Below are positions 52,888 to 61,896 of a DNA stretch of 64,000 bases, one piece after another; position 1 is the first letter of the stretch; each line of letters opens with the position of its first letter. The DNA lies in contig CAWGRW010000010.1 in the NCBI GenBank assembly GCA_963825135.1, positions 1-64,000 of the forward strand. The letters run 5' to 3'. The notes beneath the pieces were generated by a model, which made no database searches, was not told the DNA's origin, and was given only the letters and a program-made list of their open reading frames with translations. Source of the DNA: an uncultured bacterium (GTDB taxonomy: Bacteria; Desulfobacterota_D; UBA1144; Nemesobacterales; UBA2774). The position numbers and the translations under genes are program-made.

Positions 52888-54138
52888 TCAAGACGAGCGC
52901 CTCCCGAGAATCCTCTCTCCGGCCGAACGGGTGAGCTTCCCCGTGCGTCTCACGAGCTCGAACACGGAATACATGACCAGATGCCATGCGCTCCCCATGC
53001 CGAAGACGTGCTGGAGGAATCCGGGGAACCCGGAAACCCTGGCAAGCAGATTCTTCCCGCCGTTTTCGCCCGAATAGGAATTCCAGAGAAACCTGAGCTC
53101 TACGAGCCCGACCAGGACACCCGGGGGCCTCGTCCTCACGCCGTATTCGAAACGCGCGGCCTTCGTCACGGGGACCGAATCCAGTTTTCGGAGGACCGCA
53201 TCGGGCACGCGAGATTCCGGATACCGGTTCAGATACCTGAGCGCTTCCCCGACGGCAAGCGCCTTTCCGTGCCTCTCCGCCCCTGAGGCGACCCTCTCCC
53301 AGTCAAGCCCCTCCCCTTCCTTACGCACTATGGCGGCCGCGTCGGCCACCCACCTTATGGGCGGGACTCTATTCCACGCGACCCCGTGCGCGCATACCTG
53401 GAGGAGCTGATCGGCGGGGTCGAGCGCGAGCGCCTTTACCCCCTCTACGCTTATGCTCCGCGCCCCTTCCCAGAAAGAGTCGTCCGCGTCGGGCCGGTTG
53501 TAGCCGTGGAGGAGGTGCCAGTGGAGGTCTATGGTGAACTGCGCGGGGTTGGTGAAGTCCTGCCCGTGCCTGACTGTGAAATATTCATCGGTATAGTCCT
53601 GAACGCCCCTCTCCCCCGGCGTCCATCCGAGCCTCGAGAGGAGCTTCATATCCGTAAAGCCCTTGAGCGGGGTGACGGAAGAGCGCCATCCGAGCCCCGT
53701 GATTATATCTATCGCCTCGCGCACGCGCGAGGTCGGGACGAGCAGGTCGGCGTCCATCATCGGGCGCGTGCCCGGGTCGCTGTAATAGAGTAGCGCGAGC
53801 GCCGAGCCCTTGAGGAGTATCGCCGGCATGCCGCGGCCGTTTAACTCCTGGAGGAGTGCCGAGAGCCTGCCGTAGAGCGTCCTGTTGTTGGAGAGTGTCT
53901 TCGCGTAGACCCAGCCGAAAATGTTCATGAGCGGGTCGCCGATGCCCATGGATTTGAGATTGACGTAGAGGAGGGGGAAGAGCCTGTAGGAGCCGGGGTC
54001 GACCGCGCCCATGTCGGCCGACGACTTCCATTCAAGAAAGGCGTCCACGGCTTCATCCCCGGTCAGTATGCAGGCCTTTAGCAGCAGCTCCTGCGGGCGG
54101 GTGGGCCAGCATCCGCCGTCGTTTATCAGTCCGCTCAT
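52888..54138 (-). CDS. Nucleotidyltransferase family protein (NTP_transf_5-like)
   Basis: LLKGSAL, RPMMDADLLV (DxD), IDLHW, CAHG, RWVAD. Confidence 0.85.
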   Translation of the reverse strand: MSGLINDGGCWPTRPQELLLKACILTGDEAVDAFLEWKSSADMGAVDPGSYRLFPLLYVNLKSMGIGDPLMNIFGWVYAKTLSNNRTLYGRLSALLQELNGRGMPAILLKGSALALLYYSDPGTRPMMDADLLVPTSRVREAIDIITGLGWRSSVTPLKGFTDMKLLSRLGWTPGERGVQDYTDEYFTVRHGQDFTNPAQFTIDLHWHLLHGYNRPDADDSFWEGARSISVEGVKALALDPADQLLQVCAHGVAWNRVPPIRWVADAAAIVRKEGEGLDWERVASGAERHGKALAVGEALRYLNRYPESRVPDAVLRKLDSVPVTKAARFEYGVRTRPPGVLVGLVELRFLWNSYSGENGGKNLLARVSGFPGFLQHVFGMGSAWHLVMYSVFELVRRTGKLTRSAGERILGRRSS

Positions 54139-54166
54139 ATTATCATTTCCCCGACCGGACTATTAT

Positions 54167-54406
54167 CTATAATAGAAACGAATGTAACAAGCGAGGGATA
54201 AGGAGGAATTGTTCGTGCGGGATAGGGCTCAAATCGGATGCGCAGGCCTCTGTACAGGTTACCGCGTCCGCTGTAGCAAGGTTGAGCCCCCGGTTAAGCA
54301 TCATCACGGAAATAACGGTCGGGATGATGAACGCGCCCCAGGTCGCATTCTCCCGGAACTCGCGCCTTTCCGGGTTTATGCTTTAAAGAAATTTCTTTTC
54401 GCCCAT
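54167..54406 (-). pseudogene. Degenerate copy of the repeated precursor-like peptide
   Basis: MGEKKFL*SINPERREFRENATWGAFIIPTVISVMMLNRGLNLATADA..; in-frame TAA at 54385-54383; GGAG RBS. Confidence 0.8.
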
Positions 54407-54497
54407 TCGATTATCTCCGGCTTACCGGATATGAATCAATATAAACCGCAATACATGCGAAGAATAGCTAATACTATAATCTTCCAGGCGGCGCGGT

Positions 54498-54695
54498 TTA
54501 TGGAACAGGCATAGGAACCGCCCCATCGTTACTCTGGGCGTTCGCGGTCGTGAGGTTGAGCTTCTGGTTAAGCATCATCACGGAAATAACGGTCGGGATG
54601 ATGAATGCGCCCTTGGTCACTCTCTCCAGAAACTCGCGCCGTTCGGGATTCACGTCTTTAAGGAACCCTTTGGCGGCCTTCTCGTCGTCACTCAT
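54498..54695 (-). CDS. Precursor-like peptide copy (65 aa)
   Basis: MSDDEKAAKGFLKDVNPERREFLERVTKGAFIIPTVISVMMLNQKLNLTTANAQSNDGAVPMPVP; GGAGG RBS. Confidence 0.85.
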   Translation of the reverse strand: MSDDEKAAKGFLKDVNPERREFLERVTKGAFIIPTVISVMMLNQKLNLTTANAQSNDGAVPMPVP

Positions 54696-54815
54696 CAGTC
54701 ATCCTCCGGAAGCAGAATTTATTATAGTTTATAATATATAAACCTGCGTAAAATGCAACCAGGGACAGAAAATTTTTGTTAGTGCGAGAAAGGTACGGAC
54801 AGGGCGTCCGGCAGC

Positions 54816-55923
54816 TCAGGATTTTTTAAGGAGAGCGGATATGAATTTGTGCTTCGTTCGGTATTCGGGGTTCTCAGGGTCCCGCGCGAGGGCGAGGGCG
54901 TAGCATCGCCCGCTCTCTTCGAGCCTGCCCAGCTTGAAATAGCACGTTCCCATGGGCTCGTACGAGAACTCGCGGAATATCCTGCTGTCGTACGAGATCC
55001 TGCCGGGGTCTATACCGTCGGGATCGACCGACGCGAGACTCCCGAAGAGCGCGGCCGCCTCCCCGTATGCGCCTCCGTGCATTAGCACCATGGCCCTGAC
55101 CCAGATCATCAGGTAATTGTCCGGGAACAGTGTCTCCGCTTCTTTCAGAACCCCGGAGTAGTCCTCGTCCTTTTCGAGCAGGAGCCTGATCAGATCGTAA
55201 TACGGCTGGCAGTCCCTGGGCACGATATCCTTTCTGCCCCGGATAGTATCTATCGCCCGCCGCCACTCCCGCTCCGCCCCCTCCGTATCGCCCAGGGCCT
55301 TGAGCACGGTGCCGAGCTTGTATCTGAGAAAGGAAATATCCGGATGGTCCTCGACGTGCTTACTGCAGAAGCGGCAGGTTCCTCCTGTGCTTGCGGCCCA
55401 TCTCCCCGTCATACCCGAGGTGGTCGATCTCGAGAATGGAATTCCCTATGGCAAGCCCCTCTTCCTCCCCCACCCTCGTGACGGAAGGGAGCACGGTCTC
55501 GTGTATTATCCCCTCGAACCTTATCCTCGGGTCGTTCCGGAATATCCTGAATTCCCTGAAAGGGGTAAACCCGGTGATCGGCCGGTAATTGACCGTAAAC
55601 GCGGCGTATCCGGGCCGCGAGAGGTCGGCTTTGACGAGGGATTTATCGACCGATCTCAGCCTCTCGTCGGCGTCTATGTAGAGTATCCATTCCCCCAGGC
55701 AGCGGTCGACGGACACGTTGCGGGCGGCGGAGAAGTCGTCCCGCCACGGGAAATCGAAGAGCCTCGCGCCGTACCGGGCCGCGATCTCCTTCGTCCGGTC
55801 GGTCGATCCCGTATCGACGATGACTATCTCGTCCGCTACGTCTTTAAGCGATTCGAGACAGCCTTCGAGGAAACGCTCCTCGTTACGCACGATCATGGCG
55901 GCTGAAAGGAATATATCGTTCAA
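54816..55923 (-). CDS. GT2 glycosyltransferase with TPR C-terminus, +1 frameshift near 55362
   Basis: MIVRNEE, VDTGSTD, DFSAARN, IDADE, IHE, HLGY; TPR helices continue in the adjacent frame. Confidence 0.85.
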
Positions 55924-56092
55924 TGCCGGTTAACCCTGAAACAATGATAACAGGAAGGAATCAATAAGAAACACGATATCATCTATAGATACGGAGCAGC
56001 ACGACGGCCGCTTTCATCCGGCACATGACCGGGGCCGGATATTCCAGGCCGTACCGGCCTGCCGCCCCCGCGCCTCCGTCCGTTTCCGGCTA

Positions 56093-56254
56093 TCAGTTGT
56101 CGTTACTCTGGGCGTTGGCGGTTGTGAGGTTCAATTTCTGGTTCAGCATCATCACGGATATTACGGTCGGGATGATGAACGCACCCTTGGTAACCTTCTC
56201 CAGGAACTCGCGCCTTTCGGGGTTTACGTCTTCGAGGAATTTCTTTTGGCTCAT
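56093..56254 (-). CDS. Precursor-like peptide copy (53 aa, absent from ORF track)
   Basis: Hand translation MSQKKFLEDVNPERREFLEKVTKGAFIIPTVISVMMLNQKLNLTTANAQSNDN*; GGAG RBS. Confidence 0.85.
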   Translation of the reverse strand: MSQKKFLEDVNPERREFLEKVTKGAFIIPTVISVMMLNQKLNLTTANAQSNDN

Positions 56255-56358
56255 TCGAGTATCTCCAGTTTATTGGATTGTGCGTCAATATGCCGCGGAT
56301 CCCGTTTCATTGCGCGTCTCAGCCGCTATGACACTGCACGGAATCGCAACCGGCTCTG

Positions 56359-56520
56359 TTACCCGTCGTTGCTCTGGGCGTTGGCGGTGGTGAGGTTCAA
56401 TTTCTGGTTCAGCATCATCACGGATATTACGGTAGGGATGATGAACGCGCCCTTGGTAACCTTCTCCAGGAACTCGCGCCTTTCGGGGTTTACGTCTTCG
56501 AAGAACTTCTTCATAGCCAC
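56359..56520 (-). CDS. Precursor-like peptide copy (53 aa, GTG start, absent from ORF track)
   Basis: Hand translation MAMKKFFEDVNPERREFLEKVTKGAFIIPTVISVMMLNQKLNLTTANAQSNDG*; GGAGG 6 nt before GTG. Confidence 0.85.
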   Translation of the reverse strand: MAMKKFFEDVNPERREFLEKVTKGAFIIPTVISVMMLNQKLNLTTANAQSNDG

Positions 56521-56644
56521 GGACAGCCTCCAAACATTCGATTTATCAGAAATATATCATATCGCGGATCGACATACAAGCAATATTTGCAGAATTCCGG
56601 ATAAGTTACACACGACAACATTTCCCGGCGGCGCAGGGACTTTA

Positions 56645-58392
56645 TCAGAGGGAGCGCATGTATTCGAGGAGCTGCTGCTGGGAGCCCTCGTTGGTCCATC
56701 TGTTCTCGATCCACCGGGCCCCCTGCATGGCGCGTATGAGGTGGCTGCCGTAATTCCGGTACACGTCCCATACCGCGTCCTCTATGTCGCCCAGGCTGAC
56801 CCTGTCCCACTGCCCGTAGGCATTCCCTTCGTAGTTCGCATCTTCCTTCCCGCAGACCGGTATGACCTTACAGAAACCGGATTCGATTATCTCCCGGTGG
56901 ACCGGAATATCGGTCAGAAGCGTCGGTATGCCCAGATACATGCTTTCGCGAGGGGTGAAAGACCACCCCTCCCCGCTCGACGGGAAGACGTAACATGAAA
57001 GATTACGGTACCATTCGCCCGTCCGCTCGTCGGTCCACTCCCCCCAGGTCCATTCGACGAACGGGGAGCGTTCCATCAGGGCGACCTCGGGCGTGTACAT
57101 ACCCCGCATAAACATGGAGGAATGAACGACGAGCCTGAGCCCGGGGATTTTCCCCAGGAGATTCACGCACGCCTGATAGAGTTTGAATAAATTTTTTCTC
57201 TTGTAAGGCACGCCCAGGAACCCGATCCTGAAAACGTCGCCCCGGGGCTTGATAGAGGACCTCCTGTCGTACCTCGTGAACCCCTGCTGTATAGCGGCGA
57301 CCGGGATTCTGACGCCCGAGGATTCGAACACCCCCTTCATGTATTCATGAGGGACGATACAGCGGGCGTAATGCTCGTTAATCGGCTTTATCCAGTGACG
57401 GGGAATCTCCGACGTCTCGAACGTAGTATAAGCTACGTTGATATTTCCCTTCGAAAGCCTGTCGGTAAAAAACGGCGCCATACCGGCAACCAGGACCTTT
57501 TTGCTCGAGAGATGCTTCGTATCTTTCACGACCGTGCCGATAACGCTCGAACGGTCGTACACCGTGGTCAGGCCGTCGAAGGGCTTTTCCTTGTATATCC
57601 GGAGCACGTATATATCGTCGGGAATATTTATTCCGGCGATTTTCGAATCTATCCCGCGGCGGATACCGGCGGCAGCCGCCGCGCTCACCTTCTTCCTTGA
57701 GCCGCCCGCGTATTCGGGCGATCCCTTCTTGTGCTCCCACCTCCAGGAAGCCTCGTGGTGGTGCCTGCCGTAGTTCCCGAAATGGCAAGCTACCGCCCCC
57801 GTTACGGGACATATGCGGTCGGGGTTCGGGAGGAGCACCACGTCCCTGAGCTTTTGCCTGCAGTCGTGATACACCGTGGTTACGAGGCCGGGGCCGGTGG
57901 ATTCGAGGACGTCGTTCTCGGTCAGTATTTCGCGGCGCGACTCCCGTGCCATCTTTCTCAGTATATGGAGCAGGAACGGGTGGCCGGGCTCGCTCCCGAA
58001 CATGTAGTTCGCCACGCGGAGTCGGTCCCTGTGTCCGAGCCTCAGGGCCGTCTCCACGGTCAGCGTCGATTCCTCGCCGAACACGCAGCGGAATTCGCAA
58101 AGCCCGTCGAGCGGGTTAAGGCACTCGACGTCCATGTCCATATAAAACCCGCCCTCCCCGTAAACGACTACGATGCGGAATATATCGGTCCTCTGAATGA
58201 CCGACGCGCGGTCGTAAACCGGGAGGAACTCGGGGAAGAACCTTGTTCAACGGCGTCCCTGCACGCCTCATCGTCGTAGAATTTGTATTCCCAGGCGGGA
58301 TGGAGGGCGATGAGGTTCTCCCTGTAACGGCGGTACTTCGCCGGAACGTCCTCGTTCTTATACGTCTGGTGGATTATCCTGGGGATGGCCAT
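56645..58392 (-). CDS. Bifunctional glycosyltransferase: GT32-like DxD domain fused to GT4-like domain; frameshift near 58240
   Basis: IPRIIHQTYK, DIFRIVVVYGEGGFYMDMD, PGHPFL, TGPG; C-terminal RKN, VFPSSGEGWSFTPRE. Confidence 0.8.
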
Positions 58393-58418
58393 GTTCGTCA
58401 CGAATCTCCGCCGCAGCT

Positions 58419-59153
58419 CTATCCTTCTATTCCGTCCAGCAGGCGCGACGCCTCTTCCCCGGTGTACCTGCCGTCGAGTATGCCTTTAATTATCGAGGTC
58501 GATTCCGCCGAAAGCTCGCTCGACGCGCTGAATATCTTCTCCCAGTGCTCTCTCGTGCACAGGTTGTTACCGTGATAAACGTATATATAGAGCTTCGGCA
58601 TCATCACGGGGAAAATGAGGCTCCGCTTGAAGAGCTCCCTTATGAGGTACGTATCCTCGTGCCGGAAGACTTCCTCGTACCTGAGATCGCCGCCGAGTAA
58701 CGATTTCCTGCACAGGAGCGACCCCTCCCACGGCCTCCTGTTGGATAGATAGGCCTTACCCGTACGCTCGTCATACATGAGCCAGTGAAATAGAAGGCAC
58801 GCGGGCAGCCCGCTCGCCTTGATCACGTCCATCTGGAACGAGAGCCTGTCGCGGTGAGACCAGTCGTCGTCGTCCCATTGGCAGAAATACTCCCCGCGGC
58901 ACTCCGCCAGGGAACGGTTTCTCAGTCTGCCGAGATTAAATCCTTCGGAAGAAGGCAGCTCGACTAAAATGAGATTATGATCTTCCAGGGCTCTCACGTA
59001 TTCGGCCGTCTCTCCGTCATCGCTCTCGTAGAGTATTACGAGCTCCTTCCGAGGATACGTCTGGTCCCTGAAGGACTGAACGGCCCTTTGGAGGAGCTTC
59101 TTCCTGCCGTGCGTAACGCAGAGGCACGATATGAGCGGCATGTCGTCATTCAT
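58419..59153 (-). CDS. GT2 glycosyltransferase
   Basis: ISCLCVT, QTYPRKELVI, LGRLRN, QWDDDD, HED, YVYHG. Confidence 0.85.
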   Translation of the reverse strand: MNDDMPLISCLCVTHGRKKLLQRAVQSFRDQTYPRKELVILYESDDGETAEYVRALEDHNLILVELPSSEGFNLGRLRNRSLAECRGEYFCQWDDDDWSHRDRLSFQMDVIKASGLPACLLFHWLMYDERTGKAYLSNRRPWEGSLLCRKSLLGGDLRYEEVFRHEDTYLIRELFKRSLIFPVMMPKLYIYVYHGNNLCTREHWEKIFSASSELSAESTSIIKGILDGRYTGEEASRLLDGIEG

Positions 59154-60267
59154 GTCGGGTCCCGGTTTTTTTCAGCAGCGCGCCCAAGAATTTGCGTTTG
59201 GTTTCATACTCATGGTTGCCGGGGCGGAGCTCGGCCGCGAGCGAATAGTATTTGAGGCTCTCCCCGTATCTTCCGAGCTTGAAAAGACAGGCCGCGAGAG
59301 GCTCATAGGAAAGCTCGCCGAATATGGCGGTGTTGTACGAGAGGGGGCCTTCGACCAGGGTCTCGGGGTCAACGGAAACGAGCGATTCGAGGAGCGGGAC
59401 GGCTTCTTCGAAACGGCGGCTCCGCGCGAGCGTCACCGCCCTGGTCCATATCAGGAGATAGTTGTCGGGGAAGAGGCGGAGGGCCTCGTCGAGGAGCGCG
59501 GAGGAGTCCCCGCCCTTGTCGTTGAGAAGACAGATCATTTCATAAAACGCGTGACTGTCCTCGTGCGTCACGGTCTCTTTCCGGCGCGATATTTCCATGG
59601 CTTCCGTCCACGTCTTTTCGGCCGCGTCCGGGTCTCCGAGGCCCTTCAGGGCCACGCCCAGCTGCCACCTGAGATACATCCTCTGCGGCTCGTTCTCTAT
59701 CTGTTTTATGAGCAGGGGGAGGTTCCTCCCGTGCTTTTGCAGGAGGTCCCCGTCGTAGCCGGTGTGGTCTATGGCGAGGGGGCAGTCGCCGATGCCCATC
59801 CCGTTCTCTTCCATGAAGACCTCGATCGAGGGGAATATGGTCTCGTGAATGGTGTTGCAGAACCGTATGCGGGGGTCGTTCCTGAAAATCCGGTATTCCT
59901 TGTACGCGGTATAGCCACCTATGGGGTGGAACCTGACGGTATAGACGGCAATCTTCGTGTCGGAAAGTATCCGCGTTACCTCTTCCCTGCTCACGGGTCT
60001 GAGCCTCTCGTCAGCGTCTATGTAGAGTATCCATTCGCCGCGGCAGTGATCGAGGGACTCGTTGCGTGCGGCTGAGAAATCGTCCCGCCAGGGGAAATCG
60101 AAGACCCTCGCGCCGTACCGGGAAGCGATCTCCTTCGTCCGGTCGGTCGATCCCGTATCGACGATGACTATCTCGTCGACCACGTCCCTGATGGATTCGA
60201 GACAGCCTTCGAGGAATCGCTCTTCGTTGCGCACGATCATGGAGGCCGAAAAGATTATATCGCTCAA
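59146..60267 (-). CDS. GT2 glycosyltransferase with TPR C-terminus
   Basis: TTG start with GAGG RBS (matches paralog start); MIVRNEE, IDADE, IHE, HTGY; TPR helices. Confidence 0.88.
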   Translation of the reverse strand: MSDIIFSASMIVRNEERFLEGCLESIRDVVDEIVIVDTGSTDRTKEIASRYGARVFDFPWRDDFSAARNESLDHCRGEWILYIDADERLRPVSREEVTRILSDTKIAVYTVRFHPIGGYTAYKEYRIFRNDPRIRFCNTIHETIFPSIEVFMEENGMGIGDCPLAIDHTGYDGDLLQKHGRNLPLLIKQIENEPQRMYLRWQLGVALKGLGDPDAAEKTWTEAMEISRRKETVTHEDSHAFYEMICLLNDKGGDSSALLDEALRLFPDNYLLIWTRAVTLARSRRFEEAVPLLESLVSVDPETLVEGPLSYNTAIFGELSYEPLAACLFKLGRYGESLKYYSLAAELRPGNHEYETKRKFLGALLKKTGTRHE

Positions 60268-60403
60268 TTCCTCATCACCAGGATTAAATAATAACCGGAG
60301 AGGACGCGTACCAAAACGGCGGGGAACAGGAAATATAAAACTCGGGGGACGGGACGCGTGCCCGTGAAAAGCGGATTGCCGGGTCACAAAAGGCGTCCGG
60401 GCT

Positions 60404-61021
60404 TTAACCGCAGTAAGGCTGATCTTCCGGCAAAAGGAGCTTACGAATGAAGAACTTCGAATCCGGGGCAAGCGTGCTGCCCAGAGGAATTCCGTTTGCG
60501 AAGTAAAATCCGGTCTCGCCGGAAGGCAGGAGGTCGTACGTATGACCGGCCTCGTACCGGACCTTCTCTATCGATAACAGCACCGCTCCGTCCAATGTGT
60601 CGCCCGGCAAGAGATCGCCTGCTTCCCCGGCGTCCGTGGTAGGATGCCCCGGAGACACGAACAATTCTCTGCCGTCATTCAAAACCAGACGACAAAGGGT
60701 ATGGTCTCCCGGAACCGACGCCTTCGACACGAGCTCTATCGGTCTTACGACCTTGTTTCCGTTCGAGTCGAGGGTGAATACCGGCATCCCCGGCCTTAAA
60801 TCGACGATGGAAACGTCCCCGTCCGGGGTCGAGATCAGGGTCGCCGCAGACAGGCACGGCGCTGTCCCGTTGCTCTGGGCGTTTGCCGTCGTGAGATGGA
60901 GCTTCTGATTGAGCATCATCACGGAAATGACCGTCGGTATAACGAACGCGCCCTTCGTAAGCTTCTCGAGGAACTCGCGCCTCTCGGGATTAACGCCGTC
61001 CAGAAACCTTTTGTCACTCAT
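60404..61021 (-). CDS. Precursor-like peptide fused to a Hint autoprocessing domain
   Basis: Residues 1-55 are the repeated peptide; Cys56 starts CLSAATLISTPDG (block A), VSPGHP (block B-like), TYDL..FYFANG (blocks F/G) with no His-Asn. Confidence 0.85.
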   Translation of the reverse strand: MSDKRFLDGVNPERREFLEKLTKGAFVIPTVISVMMLNQKLHLTTANAQSNGTAPCLSAATLISTPDGDVSIVDLRPGMPVFTLDSNGNKVVRPIELVSKASVPGDHTLCRLVLNDGRELFVSPGHPTTDAGEAGDLLPGDTLDGAVLLSIEKVRYEAGHTYDLLPSGETGFYFANGIPLGSTLAPDSKFFIRKLLLPEDQPYCG

Positions 61022-61059
61022 GATACGCCCCCTTTATATTACAATACAGACTGCGACGA

Positions 61060-61896
61060 TTATATCACAGACATTTTTTCCTGTAAACCCGAGACGGCCC
61101 CATCGAGATCGCCTATATAAAGCAGATAGCAATGAGCGCTGTCTATCAGCCCGCATAGCCCGCCGATTTTCAAATGGTCGTTTGTCTCCGAAAGGAAGCT
61201 CATGGGCATAATTTTCTCGACCATGCGGTATTTGGGGCACTCCTCTATACGCGTCTCTCCGCCGTGATTCCGTACGAGATAGAAGACGGCGCTGACTTCC
61301 CCCTCGTCGATCTTCCAGGGGCGTCCCGCGTCGAGGGGCGTAAACGAGTACATCTTCTGTTTATTGTAGGTGATGTTGTACGGGAGCGATTCGAAGGGCG
61401 GCTTCATTTTCGGCAAAAGACCCGTGCTCTCCTGTTTGATGTTGAACCGCCTCGGGAACGGTATGGCCTTGCAGTCCCGGACAAGCGCGAGCTCGTCCCC
61501 GACGACCCGAAATCCCGCCAGCACCAGACTGACCATGAGCGTGGTCTTCCCGGCTCCCTTGTCCCCGACGACAAGGAACCTCTTCCCGTTCCATTCCGCG
61601 CACCCGGCGTGAATGCGTATCCTGTCCGTGATCCCGGAAAGCACCTCCTTGTGCATGAGCCACTGGAGGTTGAAGATCGTGGCGCTGAGGTCGCCCGAGG
61701 AGTGGCGGACCTCGCCGCTTCTCAGGACTTCATAAACGCCGTCCCTGACCCTCAATTCATAGAGGGCCTCGTTCGTGACGGGATAGTCCTGCTCCGCGTC
61801 GTGCACTATGAAATCGAGAAGGCGCGCCGATTCTTCGTCTTCGGTGCGTATGGTGAATGCGGTGTCGAGCAGTGTATGCCTGCGTTCGTGAATTAT
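61060..61896 (-). CDS. HPr-kinase-related P-loop kinase
   Basis: IHAG, GDKGAGKTT, VGDE, PFPR; frame is open 30 codons upstream of GTG 61806 up to the PqqD stop; start uncertain. Confidence 0.8.
   Translation of the reverse strand: MIHERRHTLLDTAFTIRTEDEESARLLDFIVHDAEQDYPVTNEALYELRVRDGVYEVLRSGEVRHSSGDLSATIFNLQWLMHKEVLSGITDRIRIHAGCAEWNGKRFLVVGDKGAGKTTLMVSLVLAGFRVVGDELALVRDCKAIPFPRRFNIKQESTGLLPKMKPPFESLPYNITYNKQKMYSFTPLDAGRPWKIDEGEVSAVFYLVRNHGGETRIEECPKYRMVEKIMPMSFLSETNDHLKIGGLCGLIDSAHCYLLYIGDLDGAVSGLQEKMSVI

Noticed and set aside
56093..56520. CRISPR array or non-coding tandem repeat
   Set aside because: Units are ~160 bp, have RBS/start/stop and differ mainly at synonymous sites, so they are duplicated genes
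56025..56998. Listed ORFs 56025+, 56103-, 56246+, 56285-
   Set aside because: Antisense or off-frame shadows of the two real 53-aa peptide genes
60404..60856. Self-splicing intein
   Set aside because: No His-Asn plus Cys/Ser/Thr C-terminal junction and no endonuclease domain; N-terminal cleavage only is more plausible
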